This document shows, in pieces, positions 49,150 to 60,139 of a DNA stretch of 64,000 nt (position 1 is the first letter of the stretch; each line of letters starts with the position of its first letter). The DNA lies in assembly GCA_964016885.1 (NCBI GenBank), contig OZ024741.1, positions 201,686,001-201,750,000 of the forward strand, given 5' to 3'. The notes beneath the pieces were generated by a model, which did no database searches, was not told where the DNA came from, and worked only from the letters and a program-made list of their open reading frames with translations. This stretch comes from Eledone cirrhosa (Eukaryota). The translations under genes and the position numbers were made by a program.

Positions 49150-50770
49150 TTTTTTTTTGAAATTTGGGTTTATCTACCCAATGGCCAATGCTTAGGTTCC
49201 TTTCCAGAGATCCAGGCCACCTGGCATACACAAGTCAGCCAGAGAATACCTTCTCTATTTAAGGCTTTTAACATCTCAGGTCAGATTTCATTTTCTTCAG
49301 TGGCCTTGCCACATTTGAGCTCTTTAACTGCTATTGCAACCTCAGCCTCTAAGTGATTTGTTACTGCTCCCACCTCGTGTACATCAGAAGATGCTGTTGT
49401 TATCAGGTTTAGGAGATCAGTAAAGTATTCTTTCTACCTCACAAGGATGCACCGCTCTGAAGAGAGAACCCCAGACACATTCCTGATAGCAGGTATGAGG
49501 AGGGCTTCTTATGAAATCGGCGGATGATCTGCCACAACATTTTATCTGCTGATCTGAAGTTGGATTCCAACTTAACCCAAAAGTCCTCCCATGCCTGCTT
49601 GTACCCCAAATGCAAGGCTGAGGACTTATTTCCAAGCCAAGCTTTGTGGGCCTCCTTCTCTGCTCAGATGGCATCTTTGGCCTTGATTGAACAAAGGAGT
49701 CTTCCTGCCATCTGACGCCATACCAAGCCTCTCTTGTCCGCAGCATTTAACAGCTGTAGCAGAAAGGGCTGAGCTGAACAATCTGCACTCTGTCTCAACG
49801 ACCTCAGTTTGCTCAGGGAGTTCTGAATTTGGATGCAATAGTATCTGCATACCTGGTCCTGACTTCCTTATCCATCAACGTTTCCCACTTTATCCTGTAG
49901 GTTGCTCTGGACCTCCCAGTTTTGTGAGCTTCCCATAGATTTAGGTAGTCTCAAGTTGCCGATAACTAGATGGTGATCAGTTGAGAGCTCAGCCCCTCTC
50001 TTAACACAAACATCCAATACAAAATCAAAGAGATCAGAGACAATAACAAAATCAATTATTGATCTCTGTTCTTGATTCCCCACATACCATGTATATTTAT
50101 GGAAGGCTGTGTTCATAATAGAGAGTCAATTGCTAGAACAGAAGTATAAGGCTTCTCCATTCGTATTTAGATTGCTGTTCCTTCCAATCATTCCTTTCCC
50201 TGTCAGGTCGCGTCAGTGCCAACATGTGCATTGAAATCTCCCATCAGGATATATGATTCAGTCTTAACTACATCTAATGCTGCAGTGATTTCATCAAGGA
50301 AGGACCAGTATTCGGACATCCTTGATGTTGGTAGCATCTAGCCACTTCCACTAGTTCCTGCTCCTTACCTGTAAGGGTTGTGATATTCCAGGATCGAAAT
50401 ATCAAGGTTTACTCCCTTCCGAACCCTTTTTGAGGGTCTCAGGATATTCAATCTTTGTTTGTCCATCCAACGCACCCCAGTTTTTGTGGCATAAAATGGA
50501 GACTGCAATATATTTTTTGAACATACCCAACCCCTTGAATGTGTCCCTTTTTAACCCACATGCAGGACAATGTGGTATGGTTCTTTTTCATTCCTCTCAC
50601 CATATTTCAGTTTCAGTGGTCTTATTCATGCCAGTCACCAATCTGGTACTTTGTCAAACCTGCAAAAGGCTAGTTTTATTTAGAGGTGACCTGCTTATGT
50701 TGCAACTAACTATCATATTTGGTGGTCATATCGCTATCCGCCACCTGCAACCTGTCCTCTAGCAGAACAG
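49150..50770 (-). mobile_element. RTE family A 5' part (5' UTR, APE, start of RT)
   Basis: WNITTL, GDFNAHVG, RSIIDFVIV, ELSTDHHLV; antisense homolog of 40190-40640. Confidence 0.85.
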
Positions 50771-50810
50771 CTCTGCCGAGAATTATAGATTTATGACAAC
50801 ATTTTCACAG

Positions 50811-50849
50811 AAATTCCACCATTGAAATTGAAAATGATTATTTCTTCTG
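50811..50849 (+). CDS. candidate alternative mini-exon (39 nt, phase 2-2)
   Basis: cattttcacag|A AAT...TTC TG|gtaagc; NSTIEIENDYFF, frame-preserving; next to the 5' end of an antisense RTE copy. Confidence 0.35.
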
Positions 50850-51074
50850 GTAAGCCTAAATATCCTAAAAGTCCTGTAACATATACAGACACTGAGTTAT
50901 TGAGTACATAGAATTTGGTCTTCTTTCTGTGATTATTGTTGGGGTATCAGATGTATATATGGTTATAAAATAAAAGGTACATATGTAAAATGTACAAATA
51001 TTTCCTTTTTTAGAATTGTTTCATGAAAAAATGATACATTGATTTTTTTTTTTTTTTTTTTTTTTTTCTTTTAG

Positions 51075-51105
51075 GCCAACTTTACTTGCGAAATCTGATG
51101 CTAAG
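51075..51105 (+). CDS. MAP4K3: MAP4K3/5-like linker exon (31 nt)
   Basis: very long poly-T tract, tag|G CCA...GCTAAG|gtaagt; phase 2-0; PTLLAKSDAK, reminiscent of STLKAK before the first proline-rich motif. Confidence 0.8.
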
Positions 51106-51354
51106 GTAAGTGATTTTTTTCCCTTTATTATTTATATGTTTCAAGAGAAACCATTATTTCTATATTTTATTATTTATATACCCAACAAATGAAAGGTAAT
51201 TATGGCAGTATATGTTTACTACTGTGGATAACAGTAGTTCAGTACATAAAAATGTACGAATATATAAATAAATTGAAAATAAATAAATGAATTCAGTTCA
51301 TAATTTTGCTCATGCTCAAACATCATATATATTGTATTAATGAAAGGAAATGTA

Positions 51355-51490
51355 CCGAATTGGCAGAGTTGTTAGAATGTTGGATAAAAAGTTTTGTGGT
51401 ATTTGTTTCGGCTCTCGAGGTCAACTTTGCCTTTCATCTTTTTGAGGTCGATAAGGTACGAGCCAAGTACTGAGGTCGATTCTTCCTCTA
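51355..51490 (+). mobile_element. Meta-type SINE fragment followed by (CT)n
   Basis: tggcagagttgttagaa...gaggtcaactttgcctttcatc..gaggtcgataag. Confidence 0.75.
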
Positions 51491-51518
51491 TATCTCTTTC
51501 TCACTGCCTCTCTCTCAC

Positions 51519-51563
<45 letters not shown>

Positions 51564-51572
51564 TTCTCTCAC

Positions 51573-51608
<36 letters not shown>

Positions 51609-51699
51609 TCACTGAATTCATAGGTTGTAAAAAAAAAAAGCCCTAGAAATGCTGTATGTCAATATGGCACCCCTATCAGTATTTGCACCTGGCTGATAT

Positions 51700-53535
51700 T
51701 TCAAATGCCCCTGGTAGAAATGAATTGAATTATGACCCTCTGTATAAAGTTCAACCATTAATTAAAATATTATCTGAAAAATTAAAAACTGTTTATATAC
51801 CTGGAAAAAATCTGTGTTGAAGCTATGATTTGGTATACGGGTAGGGTACATTTCAGACAATATATGCCAGCTAAACTCATCAAATGGGACATCAAGGTGT
51901 GGGAACTCTGTGATTCAGACACAGGCTACTGTGCAAACTTTGATGTTTACACAGGAGAAAAAATGGATTGGGATACGATGTTGTATGGTCTCTGACTGAA
52001 CCCTTCCACTCTCAACTCAAACACATATTTTGATCGTTTTTTTTTTCTTCGGTGTTTCTGACAGATGATCTTGCTCTTCTAAATATGAACAACTGTGTAT
52101 AATAATGGGGAATCGCAAATGGCTACCCCAAGAAATAAAAGTAACAAAATTTCAAAAAAATGGACACGTTTTCCAGGTGTAAAAAGGGAACATGCTCGCC
52201 ACATTGTACAAAGACAAACAGCAAATTTTATTCCTATCTTCTAGGTATTGGGGTTGAGTTAACCTTTCCTACAATAAATATATGGGTGGGGTCGACAAAT
52301 CTGACCAGTATTGTGCCTGTTACCCAGTTGGACGCCCTGGAAAGAAATGGAGATATGTCTTGTGGTTTTTAGTGAATTTAACCATTGTGAATTCTTTTAT
52401 TGTATTTACTAAAAGCCACAAGGATCTGCCACCAACAAAGGACTACTGCCACATGAAATTTCATGTGGATGTTGCATCTCAGCTACATGGAAGATATACT
52501 TCTCACAAACACAGAGCTGGGAAAAAAATCAAAATTATCTGAGGTGAACAAAGAAAATATTGATTTTCATAAAGTAGAGAAAATTGATGGGAGGAAGAAG
52601 GTTTTCCAAATGTGCTTTTTGCACAAGAGAACTACTAAAGGTTATCCTCATCATCATACATCCGCTTTTCCTTGCTTGCAAGGGTGAGACGGGTCCTCTT
52701 CAGCACAGCATCTCTCCATTCGTCACGGTCCTTCATCATCTCCTCTGTGAGCTTCAGCAATCTGAGGTCAGCTCTTACCACCCATCTTGTGGAACACTGG
52801 TTTTCCTCAGAGCCCACATTGGGAAACACTCTTATAGTCTAAGAAAGATTTGGAATAAGTAATTAGATAAATCTTTCATGAAACCTCATTTATGTGTTCC
52901 TTTTGCAAAGTACCATTATGTGAAGGGTGTTTTGGCCAATTTTACGAAATATTGTCTGACAAAATTGAAAAAGATATTGGAAAACATTATATACGAAAAC
53001 ACCTGTTAATGAGCTTATATATTGGGCCCATTCTGTTATGTAAATCTACCCATCACATTGTGTAAGAGTACATTGCCAATATTATTTTGACTGGTGAAAG
53101 GGTTTTATACCTTTTTTTAATGAAAATATTTGCATGGACTGTAGAGAAAGACTAAAACCTTGTACTGATTATACCTGCATTTTAAATTAATTCACCTGTT
53201 CGGAAAAGTGCTAAAATTGTTGCAACATTTAGGTCATTGTTGGATAATTTTTGTAACAAATCTAACAGGTAAGGGAGATAAAGTTTAAATTTTTGTATTA
53301 ATTTCACCTGTCCATAAAAGTCCAATTTAACAAAAAAAAAAAAAAAAATCAAGTAAAAATATATAATTGTAAATTATTGATATTTAAACATCTACTGACA
53401 AAATTTCAAGTGTGCACAGAGAAAATTAACAAAATTCAAATAAATATAGTTGATAACCCTCTTGAGTATGATTAACTCAAAATAATGTGAATAGATAAAC
53501 ATGACATTTGACAGATTAATGTAAATGCTAAAGGG
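51700..53535 (+). mobile_element. decayed piggyBac (PGBD4-like) transposase with an RTE tail inserted at about 52648-52830
   Basis: EAMIWYTGRVHFRQYMPAK..KWDIKVWELCDSDTGY, YNKYMGGVDKSDQ, KKWRYVLWFLVNLTIVNSF; aaggg|ttaa at 53531-53539 (right boundary uncertain). Confidence 0.85.
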
Positions 53536-53599
53536 TTAAAGTCCCCAGCCATGATAATGAAATCATTGTCACTTGTTATTGAGATGGTCTGCAAGAGAT

Positions 53600-55080
53600 G
53601 TTCTTATAAATGTTCCTTTTGTTAATTTTAGTCAGTCCATTCATTATGTTTAAGGATCTGCTCTGTTATTGTGTCATTTCTCCCTTTTCTTCTTCTTGTC
53701 CTGCTTCCTTTGGTTTTCAATATCGATGCTTACATCATGGATTAGCTTCCGACATATTGGTCTGTCATCAACATAATGCCTCCAGCAGTGAAGAATGTTA
53801 CCTTCTTTTCAAAATATCACTGATCATCACCTTATACCTCAAGAGAGCGCATCCTAAATGTCGAACACCATCCTCAAGCTTGCCAAAAAGAAGTTTCTTT
53901 ATAGGTCTACAATCATACATGTGGACGACATGGCCAACCCATCTGAGTCTATTCCTTATGAGGATAGTTTTAATGCCAGGAGTCTTTGCACATTTCAGTA
54001 ACTCATCCTTTGGGAGAAAGTGATCCTATTTGATGTTGAGAATGAACCTAAGGACCCATTGCTGAACTGTTCTTAACTGTCTTATGTGGTAACGATGGAG
54101 AGTCCACATCTCACTTCCATAAAACAAGAGAGAAGTCACACATTGGTTATAAACTTTAAGTTTAGTCTCAGATGTCAGTTCCCTGGATTCAGACTCTCAC
54201 TCTTAGTTTACCTACAGCAAAAGAGGCAGATTGAATAGTGCACTAAGTTCTACATTTTGGTGACATAGCTGCCAAGATATTTGAAGCGTTCCACTCTGAC
54301 AAGTTTATCCCCATCATATCTAAAGTGTACTTTGATGCTGAGTGAGGAGCTGACTTCTTTGAAGGCTATAAAGAGTGGTACAGCAGCATAGAGCCCAAAT
54401 AGTGAGGGGCAAATTTGCAGCCTTGCTTCACCCCACTATTGTAGTGGATAGGGTTCAACAATTCGCCATCTATAATAAACCTAACACTCACAATTTGACG
54501 TAAGGTGAAGATACCGTCTATAATACTTCTATTCCTCCTATATCCAGATTGTGACTCAGGGTAGAATTTTTCAGCATTGCAGATAATAGCTGTAGCCCTT
54601 TCAGGCCTGACGGAATTTTGTATCGTCATTAGTAGTCCGAATATTCTCTGGCTGCTAGGTTAAGCAATTGCCTCTTTCTCTTGGAAGTTCTGTTATTTAC
54701 CAAAGTTGAATTTTCATTGGATACTCCAACTTTGCTCACTTTCCACCACTGCCATATAATGTGGTGCATTGGTTACCTCGTACACAGTACGAGCACTAGG
54801 GGAAGATTCAGTATTACTCATCTCATAAAAAGTAGGCTGCGCTAAAAGATGACGATGCTGCCCAGCATACTGTAGCATCCCTTGGCAAGATGCCCTGGAA
54901 ACCAGTGGCACAGCAAGTCTGAGACAGCCACAGGAGCAGCTTGTTGCAGGTACTATTTGCCCATAACCTGGGGTAGGGATTGGTATAAAGCCAGGGCATA
55001 TCCACACAGTGATGGGCCATGCACCTAATACTTTCTGTGGGTTCCCTACTCCTCCTTAGTCAAAGCTTCATTGGTTGTTT
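53600..55080 (-). mobile_element. decayed BovB-like RTE LINE (third RTE family), internally deleted
   Basis: PESQSGYRRNRSIIDGIFTLRQI, GVKQGC, FKYLG, LRWVGHVV. Confidence 0.75.
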
Positions 55081-55394
55081 CACCCTCACGGGCAATAGAT
55101 TCCAAAGGAGATAAAATATTTATATGAAAGTTTATAGGTTCAAAAAAAAAAAAGGATAAAGAGAGAAAAATTTAGAATGTATATATAAAAAAAAACATAG
55201 ATAGAAGACACACACACTATTTGGATGGCTGTTGACTGCTGACTTCCTCTACTCTTTGCCGGGTTTTGTCCAAATATCACCCTCTTCACCAAGCAAGCTT
55301 TGTGGAGTTGCTGGTTTAGTCCCTGACGGCCTGATCATGAGACAGGTTGTACTGAGTTATATGTTACCAGTATCACTCGAGAGTGACCTGACAT

Positions 55395-55725
55395 GAAGGT
55401 GTATGGTTCAGCAGTTAGAGCGTCAGGCTTACAATTGGGAGGTTGTGAGTTCAATTCTCGGACCGGGCTTTGCGTTGTGTTCTTGAGCAAGACACTTTAT
55501 TTCATGTTGCTCCAGTTTGCTCAACTGTAGAAATGAGTTGCGATGTCACAAGTGCCAAGTTGTATCAGCATTTGCCTTTCCCTTGGGCAACATCAGTGGC
55601 GTGGAGAGGGGAAGTTGGTATGCATGGGCATCTGCTGGTCTTCCACAAACACACATTGTCTGGACTTGTGCCTCGGAGGGGAATTTTCTAGATACAAATC
55701 CCATGGCCATTCGTGATTGAAAGGG
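55395..55725 (+). mobile_element. CORE-type tRNA SINE
   Basis: A/B boxes, cttgagcaagacactttatttcatgttgctccag..ctgtagaaatgag core. Confidence 0.8.
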
Positions 55726-55727
55726 GT

Positions 55728-55782
<55 letters not shown>

Positions 55783-55911
55783 TAAACAAATAATGAATAA
55801 AACAATGAAACAGTTCCTTATATTAAACAAAAAAAGTTCATTATTTAACGATCGTTTCTAGGATATATATGTGTTAGAATTGGCATGCATATTCATATAT
55901 ATATATATATA

Positions 55912-56305
55912 GCGGCACATGGCTTAGTGGTTAGAGCATTGGGCTTGCAATCGAAAGGTTGTAAGTTCAATTCTCAGACCGGGTGATGTATTGTTTCCTT
56001 GAGCAAGACATTTTATTTCACATTGCTCCAGTTTACTCAGCTGTAGAAATGAGATGATAAGACTGGGGTCCCTATCATTCCACTGCAAAATGGTCGTGGA
56101 GGTGCCATGGCAAAAAAGCACCCAACCCACACTGTAAAGTGGACGTGTAGGCACCACGATAAAAAGCACCCAGCACTCACTGTAAATGAGGTTGGTGTTA
56201 GGAAGAGCATCCAGCTGTAGAAATCAAGCCAGAATCAGTTCCCGTCCCACCCTTGCAAGCAGGGAAAAGCGGACGTAAAATGATGATGATGATGATGATG
56301 ATGAT
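55912..56305 (+). mobile_element. CORE-type tRNA SINE fused to ~48-bp units and the RTE family B tail
   Basis: tggcttagtggttagag head, CORE-like block, two units, aggaagagcatccagc, ggaaaagcggacgtaaa(atg)n. Confidence 0.82.
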
Positions 56306-57612
56306 TATATATATATATATATATATATTGCATATCTCTTCAACTAATTTATATTTCATCACCACTTGTATTGTTATCTACAGCTTTCAACTACCACTCT
56401 ACCACCCATTGCAAACTTCTTCATTTACTCACTAATATTTCTACCCTGAATGTGTGTCAGGCCATTTAAAGAATTTTGGAAAATTCCATTAGACTCCAGC
56501 ATTTCTCTCCAATGTAACTCAAATTCAATATCAGACTAATCTTTCATTCCAACATTCTTTCAGAATATTTTAAATTAACAAAATGTTTATTTTTAACTAG
56601 TAAAAAGAGAGAAAACAAAAAAATCTTAAGAGATTCTACTTAAATATTTCCCTAGGATACTGTAATTTTAGGGGTCTCTTTTATTTCTTAGCTCTATATT
56701 CCTCCCAACCTTACTTGTTACATGTTTAACATCTTTAATATATGGATAACAAGTAGTGTTTAGTTATTTAGTTATATCAGAATAATATAAGTTAAAATAT
56801 ATTTCTCTCGGTACTTAAAAATTATTATGAATTATCAACACCTGTTTTTGATTTTTTTTAAAAAATATATTAATGGTGTGTTTTGGAGAAAGAGTGAGGG
56901 AGAAGAAAATATTAGTTTATATTGCTAAAATATTTTTTATTGGAAAATTCCTTGGATTTCAGCAACGGATGAAAATATATTGATGTAGTGAATAAGTTTT
57001 AAGTTGATCTTTTTTGTTTCTGATAATGCCTTAGTCGGAGGAGGATGGGAAGTAGAAGCAGTAGAGCTGTTTGTGTCCTGGTTTAAAATCTCCACTCCAA
57101 TGTCAACTTTGCCTTTCATCCTTCAGTGGGAATAGGGTGTAGGGAGTGGGATGAGGGTGATAAAGTTCCAGTTTAAGGTAAGGGACTGAGAGCAATTTTT
57201 AATAGCAGGGTTATCTTCTCCACTTTTCTTGATCAGAATTAATCATAGATAATGATTTATTTCTCATTACTGTGGGTTTATAAATCTTGTAAATTTCTTG
57301 GTTGACTTACATATAAGGTTTACACCAAATTTACAAAGGGCAGAGACCTTTGCAGACTTTCCCAAGTGAAGTTCATGTGATTAATTTGCAGTTCAATACC
57401 TGAGAAGGATTTCTCAGGGTTTCTAGCTTAATGTAACAGAAACCATTATAGTAACAGTTGAAAAAACTATGGAGTGGGAAAGGGGCATTAACACCTTAGT
57501 GAACTAATAGCTGTAGTGTACTGTTAAGTGAAGGTTTGTTTATCATTCATAACACCTTTTATTGTGCAGTCTAAAGATGTTCTGTATATAGCAGCTACAC
57601 CCTCCCAGATGT

Positions 57613-57765
57613 ATTATCTGTAATGGTGTAAGTAGGAACAGCTGTATGATCTGGAATGTGTAGATAGGTACATAGGTGATCTGTGATGGTGTAAGTAGGG
57701 TCACATGTGATCCGGGACATGTAGATAGACATGCGTGATCTACGATATGTAGGTAGGGATAATAT
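57613..57765. repeat. diverged ~30-bp tandem repeat in ABABA order
   Basis: tgatctgtgatggtgtaagtagg alternating with tgatc(t/c)gg..gtagatag. Confidence 0.7.
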
Positions 57766-58093
57766 ATGTCTTGTAGAAGATCAACAATTGTTGAAGTAGT
57801 TTCTGGATTTGAAAAAAAAGCCTAAAACTTTGGATTCAGTGATGATTATGTTATAGATATATGATCACCACAAAAGATCATAAACGTTTATGAGGTTTAA
57901 CATCTGTAGGTTAGAAAGTTTGTTTATTAATGTTATGGCAGTGTTGCTTATTGATATATACATATATTGACTGTCTCTTTAGTGTTATACAATGCTTTCA
58001 TGTTCCCATAAAAGATATTTCCAAATTTTCTGCTGATAGAACTAGTAATGTGTGTCTAGGAAAGTGTTTACATTATGGGTGGATCATACTTCA

Positions 58094-58145
<52 letters not shown>

Positions 58146-58156
58146 TCACACACGCA

Positions 58157-58215
<59 letters not shown>

Positions 58216-58218
58216 ATA

Positions 58219-58315
58219 CAGGGTGTCCCAAAAAATGTATACACACTTTGATTACTGTACAGGCAATATTTATTAGAATGCTGTTGAAGTGTGTATACAT
58301 TTTTTGGACACCCTG
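58219..58315. mobile_element. Tc1/mariner-type MITE, 97 bp, inside (TA)n
   Basis: TA TSD; 29-30 bp TIR cagggtgtcc(c)aaaaaatgtatacacactt. Confidence 0.92.
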
Positions 58316-58324
58316 TATATATGG

Positions 58325-58365
<41 letters not shown>

Positions 58366-58479
58366 GTTGTGGGCAAGGTTGGGAGTAAATAAGATATTTA
58401 ACTGTTTCTATTAAAAATTTTGTGATATTTATGCGTTAATGTGCTAAGGGGAAATGCTTCCTAATTAAAGTAAAAAAGG

Positions 58480-58960
58480 TTTTGGCCAAACTTGCTGTCT
58501 TCAATTCGGTTTTCAGGCCAAATATGGTCATGGATCTTGAGTAATGACCGAAAGAACACAATCGGGAATACAAGCAGCCGAAATGGGGCTCCTTTGAAGG
58601 GTCTTTGGAGTAACGTTACTCGATAAAGTGCATAGCTCGGAGATCAGAATCACTCTAGATAGAGCTGCTATCTCTCCGAATTGAGAAATCACAGCTCCGA
58701 TGCTATGGGCATGTAGTTAGAATGTCTCAGGAAAGAATTGCTGGACAGATTTTACAGATGAAACCAACAGGTAGGAGACACAGGAGTATACCCTGAGCAA
58801 GATGGTTGGATAACATCCATAAGCTCAGCTGGTCTTGCTTGGGGATTCAATCAGATCAGTTGGAGACGGTCGCTTCTGACATGACCCACTAGAGGGAGTG
58901 TTTCAGGACTCTTTCTCCCCCATGATCCTCTCAGGAATAAGTGGATGAAGAAAAGAAGAA
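58480..58960 (+). mobile_element. RTE family A 3' fragment
   Basis: AAEMGLL..VFGVTLLDKV, LRCYGHVVRMSQER, WLDNIH, gaagaaaagaag tail. Confidence 0.85.
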
Positions 58961-58961
58961 A

Positions 58962-59500
58962 GGTTTTAGCTACTGGTGTGGCCACTTCGATATTATATGG
59001 TGGGTTATACCATATAATACGTCGGGATCTATTTTTCCTAGGTTTTTGCTCGTACTTAGTGTATTCTACCTTATCTAGAAATCTGCTCTGAGCGATCGGT
59101 GAAGATATGCTCATAAGCTGATAAACAAGAAAGCCTCAGTGAAACATTTTTTACCAGATTTTTAGTTATGCTAGCTGGATGGTTAGAATGCTTGCTAATG
59201 TAATTTAATATATCATTAGGCTAGTACAGGTCATTCAATATATTGAGTGTCACATCTAGGAAATTCACAACAGATAGGTTGGCCTCAAAGGTTGGAGCCT
59301 TTAAAGAAAGTGATAAACTCCTTTCTAAACCTATTAATAGCACAGGGTCTGCACTTAATCATAGTTAAAAGCCCATCATCATGGTACAGACCTTCGCTGA
59401 ATCAATGGCGCCCATGCATCAAATAGGATTTGATTTTGGGGCTGTTTTGGAAGCCTCAACAATGCAGATGGGTAAATTTCCGGGTAACAGAATCCGGTGG
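58962..59500 (-). mobile_element. Penelope-like element RT and linker fragment
   Basis: GLYHDDGL (YxDD), FLDVTL, SNHPASI, RSRRIIWYNPPY. Confidence 0.85.
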
Positions 59501-59615
59501 TGAAGAGAGAGATGTAAGAGGAAATGTAGAATGAGATGTATAGTGTGTAGAGGAACGTAGGAAAGAGCGTAAAAATAATAGCACAAGATAGAGTTACTTT
59601 GGGAGAGATTTAATT

Positions 59616-59655
59616 GTCCCTATATTTCGGATTTCGCATCCATCAACTGGGGGGG
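59616..59655 (-). ncRNA. decayed minimal hammerhead in the putative 5' pLTR of the Penelope-like copy
   Basis: ccc-CAGTTGA(for CTGATGA)-T-GGAT gcgaa ATCC-GAAA-TATA-ggg, then ATTAAA. Confidence 0.45.
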
Positions 59656-60139
59656 GGGGTCCGAGGGGGAAAATTATCTGTCAGAGAGGAACGGTACGTG
59701 GCCTCTGTTGTCTGCCGTTTGTGTGTAACTGAGATATTCTGTAGTGCGCGGAATAGGTACGGTCAAGCAAAGGTCGAGGCAGTTCCTCTTTATTGTGGGA
59801 GTGGGATGGTGCTAGCTGTCAATCCATTATACTACCTATATTCAGTCTTTGATACTGGCAGTGTTGGTAGTCTGCCTGGTTACATGAGAATTTTAGTGTG
59901 CATATTGACCAGAAAAAGGACAGTAGTTAGTCAATTATGCGTTGGGCATATATAGAAATAAAAATAAAAAAAATAGAAAAGAAAGTTTATAACTTCGTAA
60001 GAATTCTAGTTTAAAACTATTTTTTCCTGATAAGATGACTGCCAACAATACAAACATTCTCTAACAGGAAAACACAGAAATCAGTAGTATTTATAACATA
60101 ATACAATACAATAAAATATAAATAAACATAGAAAGATAA

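Noticed and set aside
48843-49356. Poly-E and poly-S ORFs
   Set aside because: Translations of the (TTC)n microsatellite
53233-53268. Exon or recursive splice site (ctaacag|gtaagg)
   Set aside because: In-frame TAA after the phase-0 upstream exon, and it lies inside transposon-derived sequence
55912-55985. tRNA gene
   Set aside because: tRNA-like SINE head with no proper cloverleaf, continuing into the CORE domain
57930-58388. IY-repeat ORFs
   Set aside because: (TA)n microsatellites around a mariner MITE
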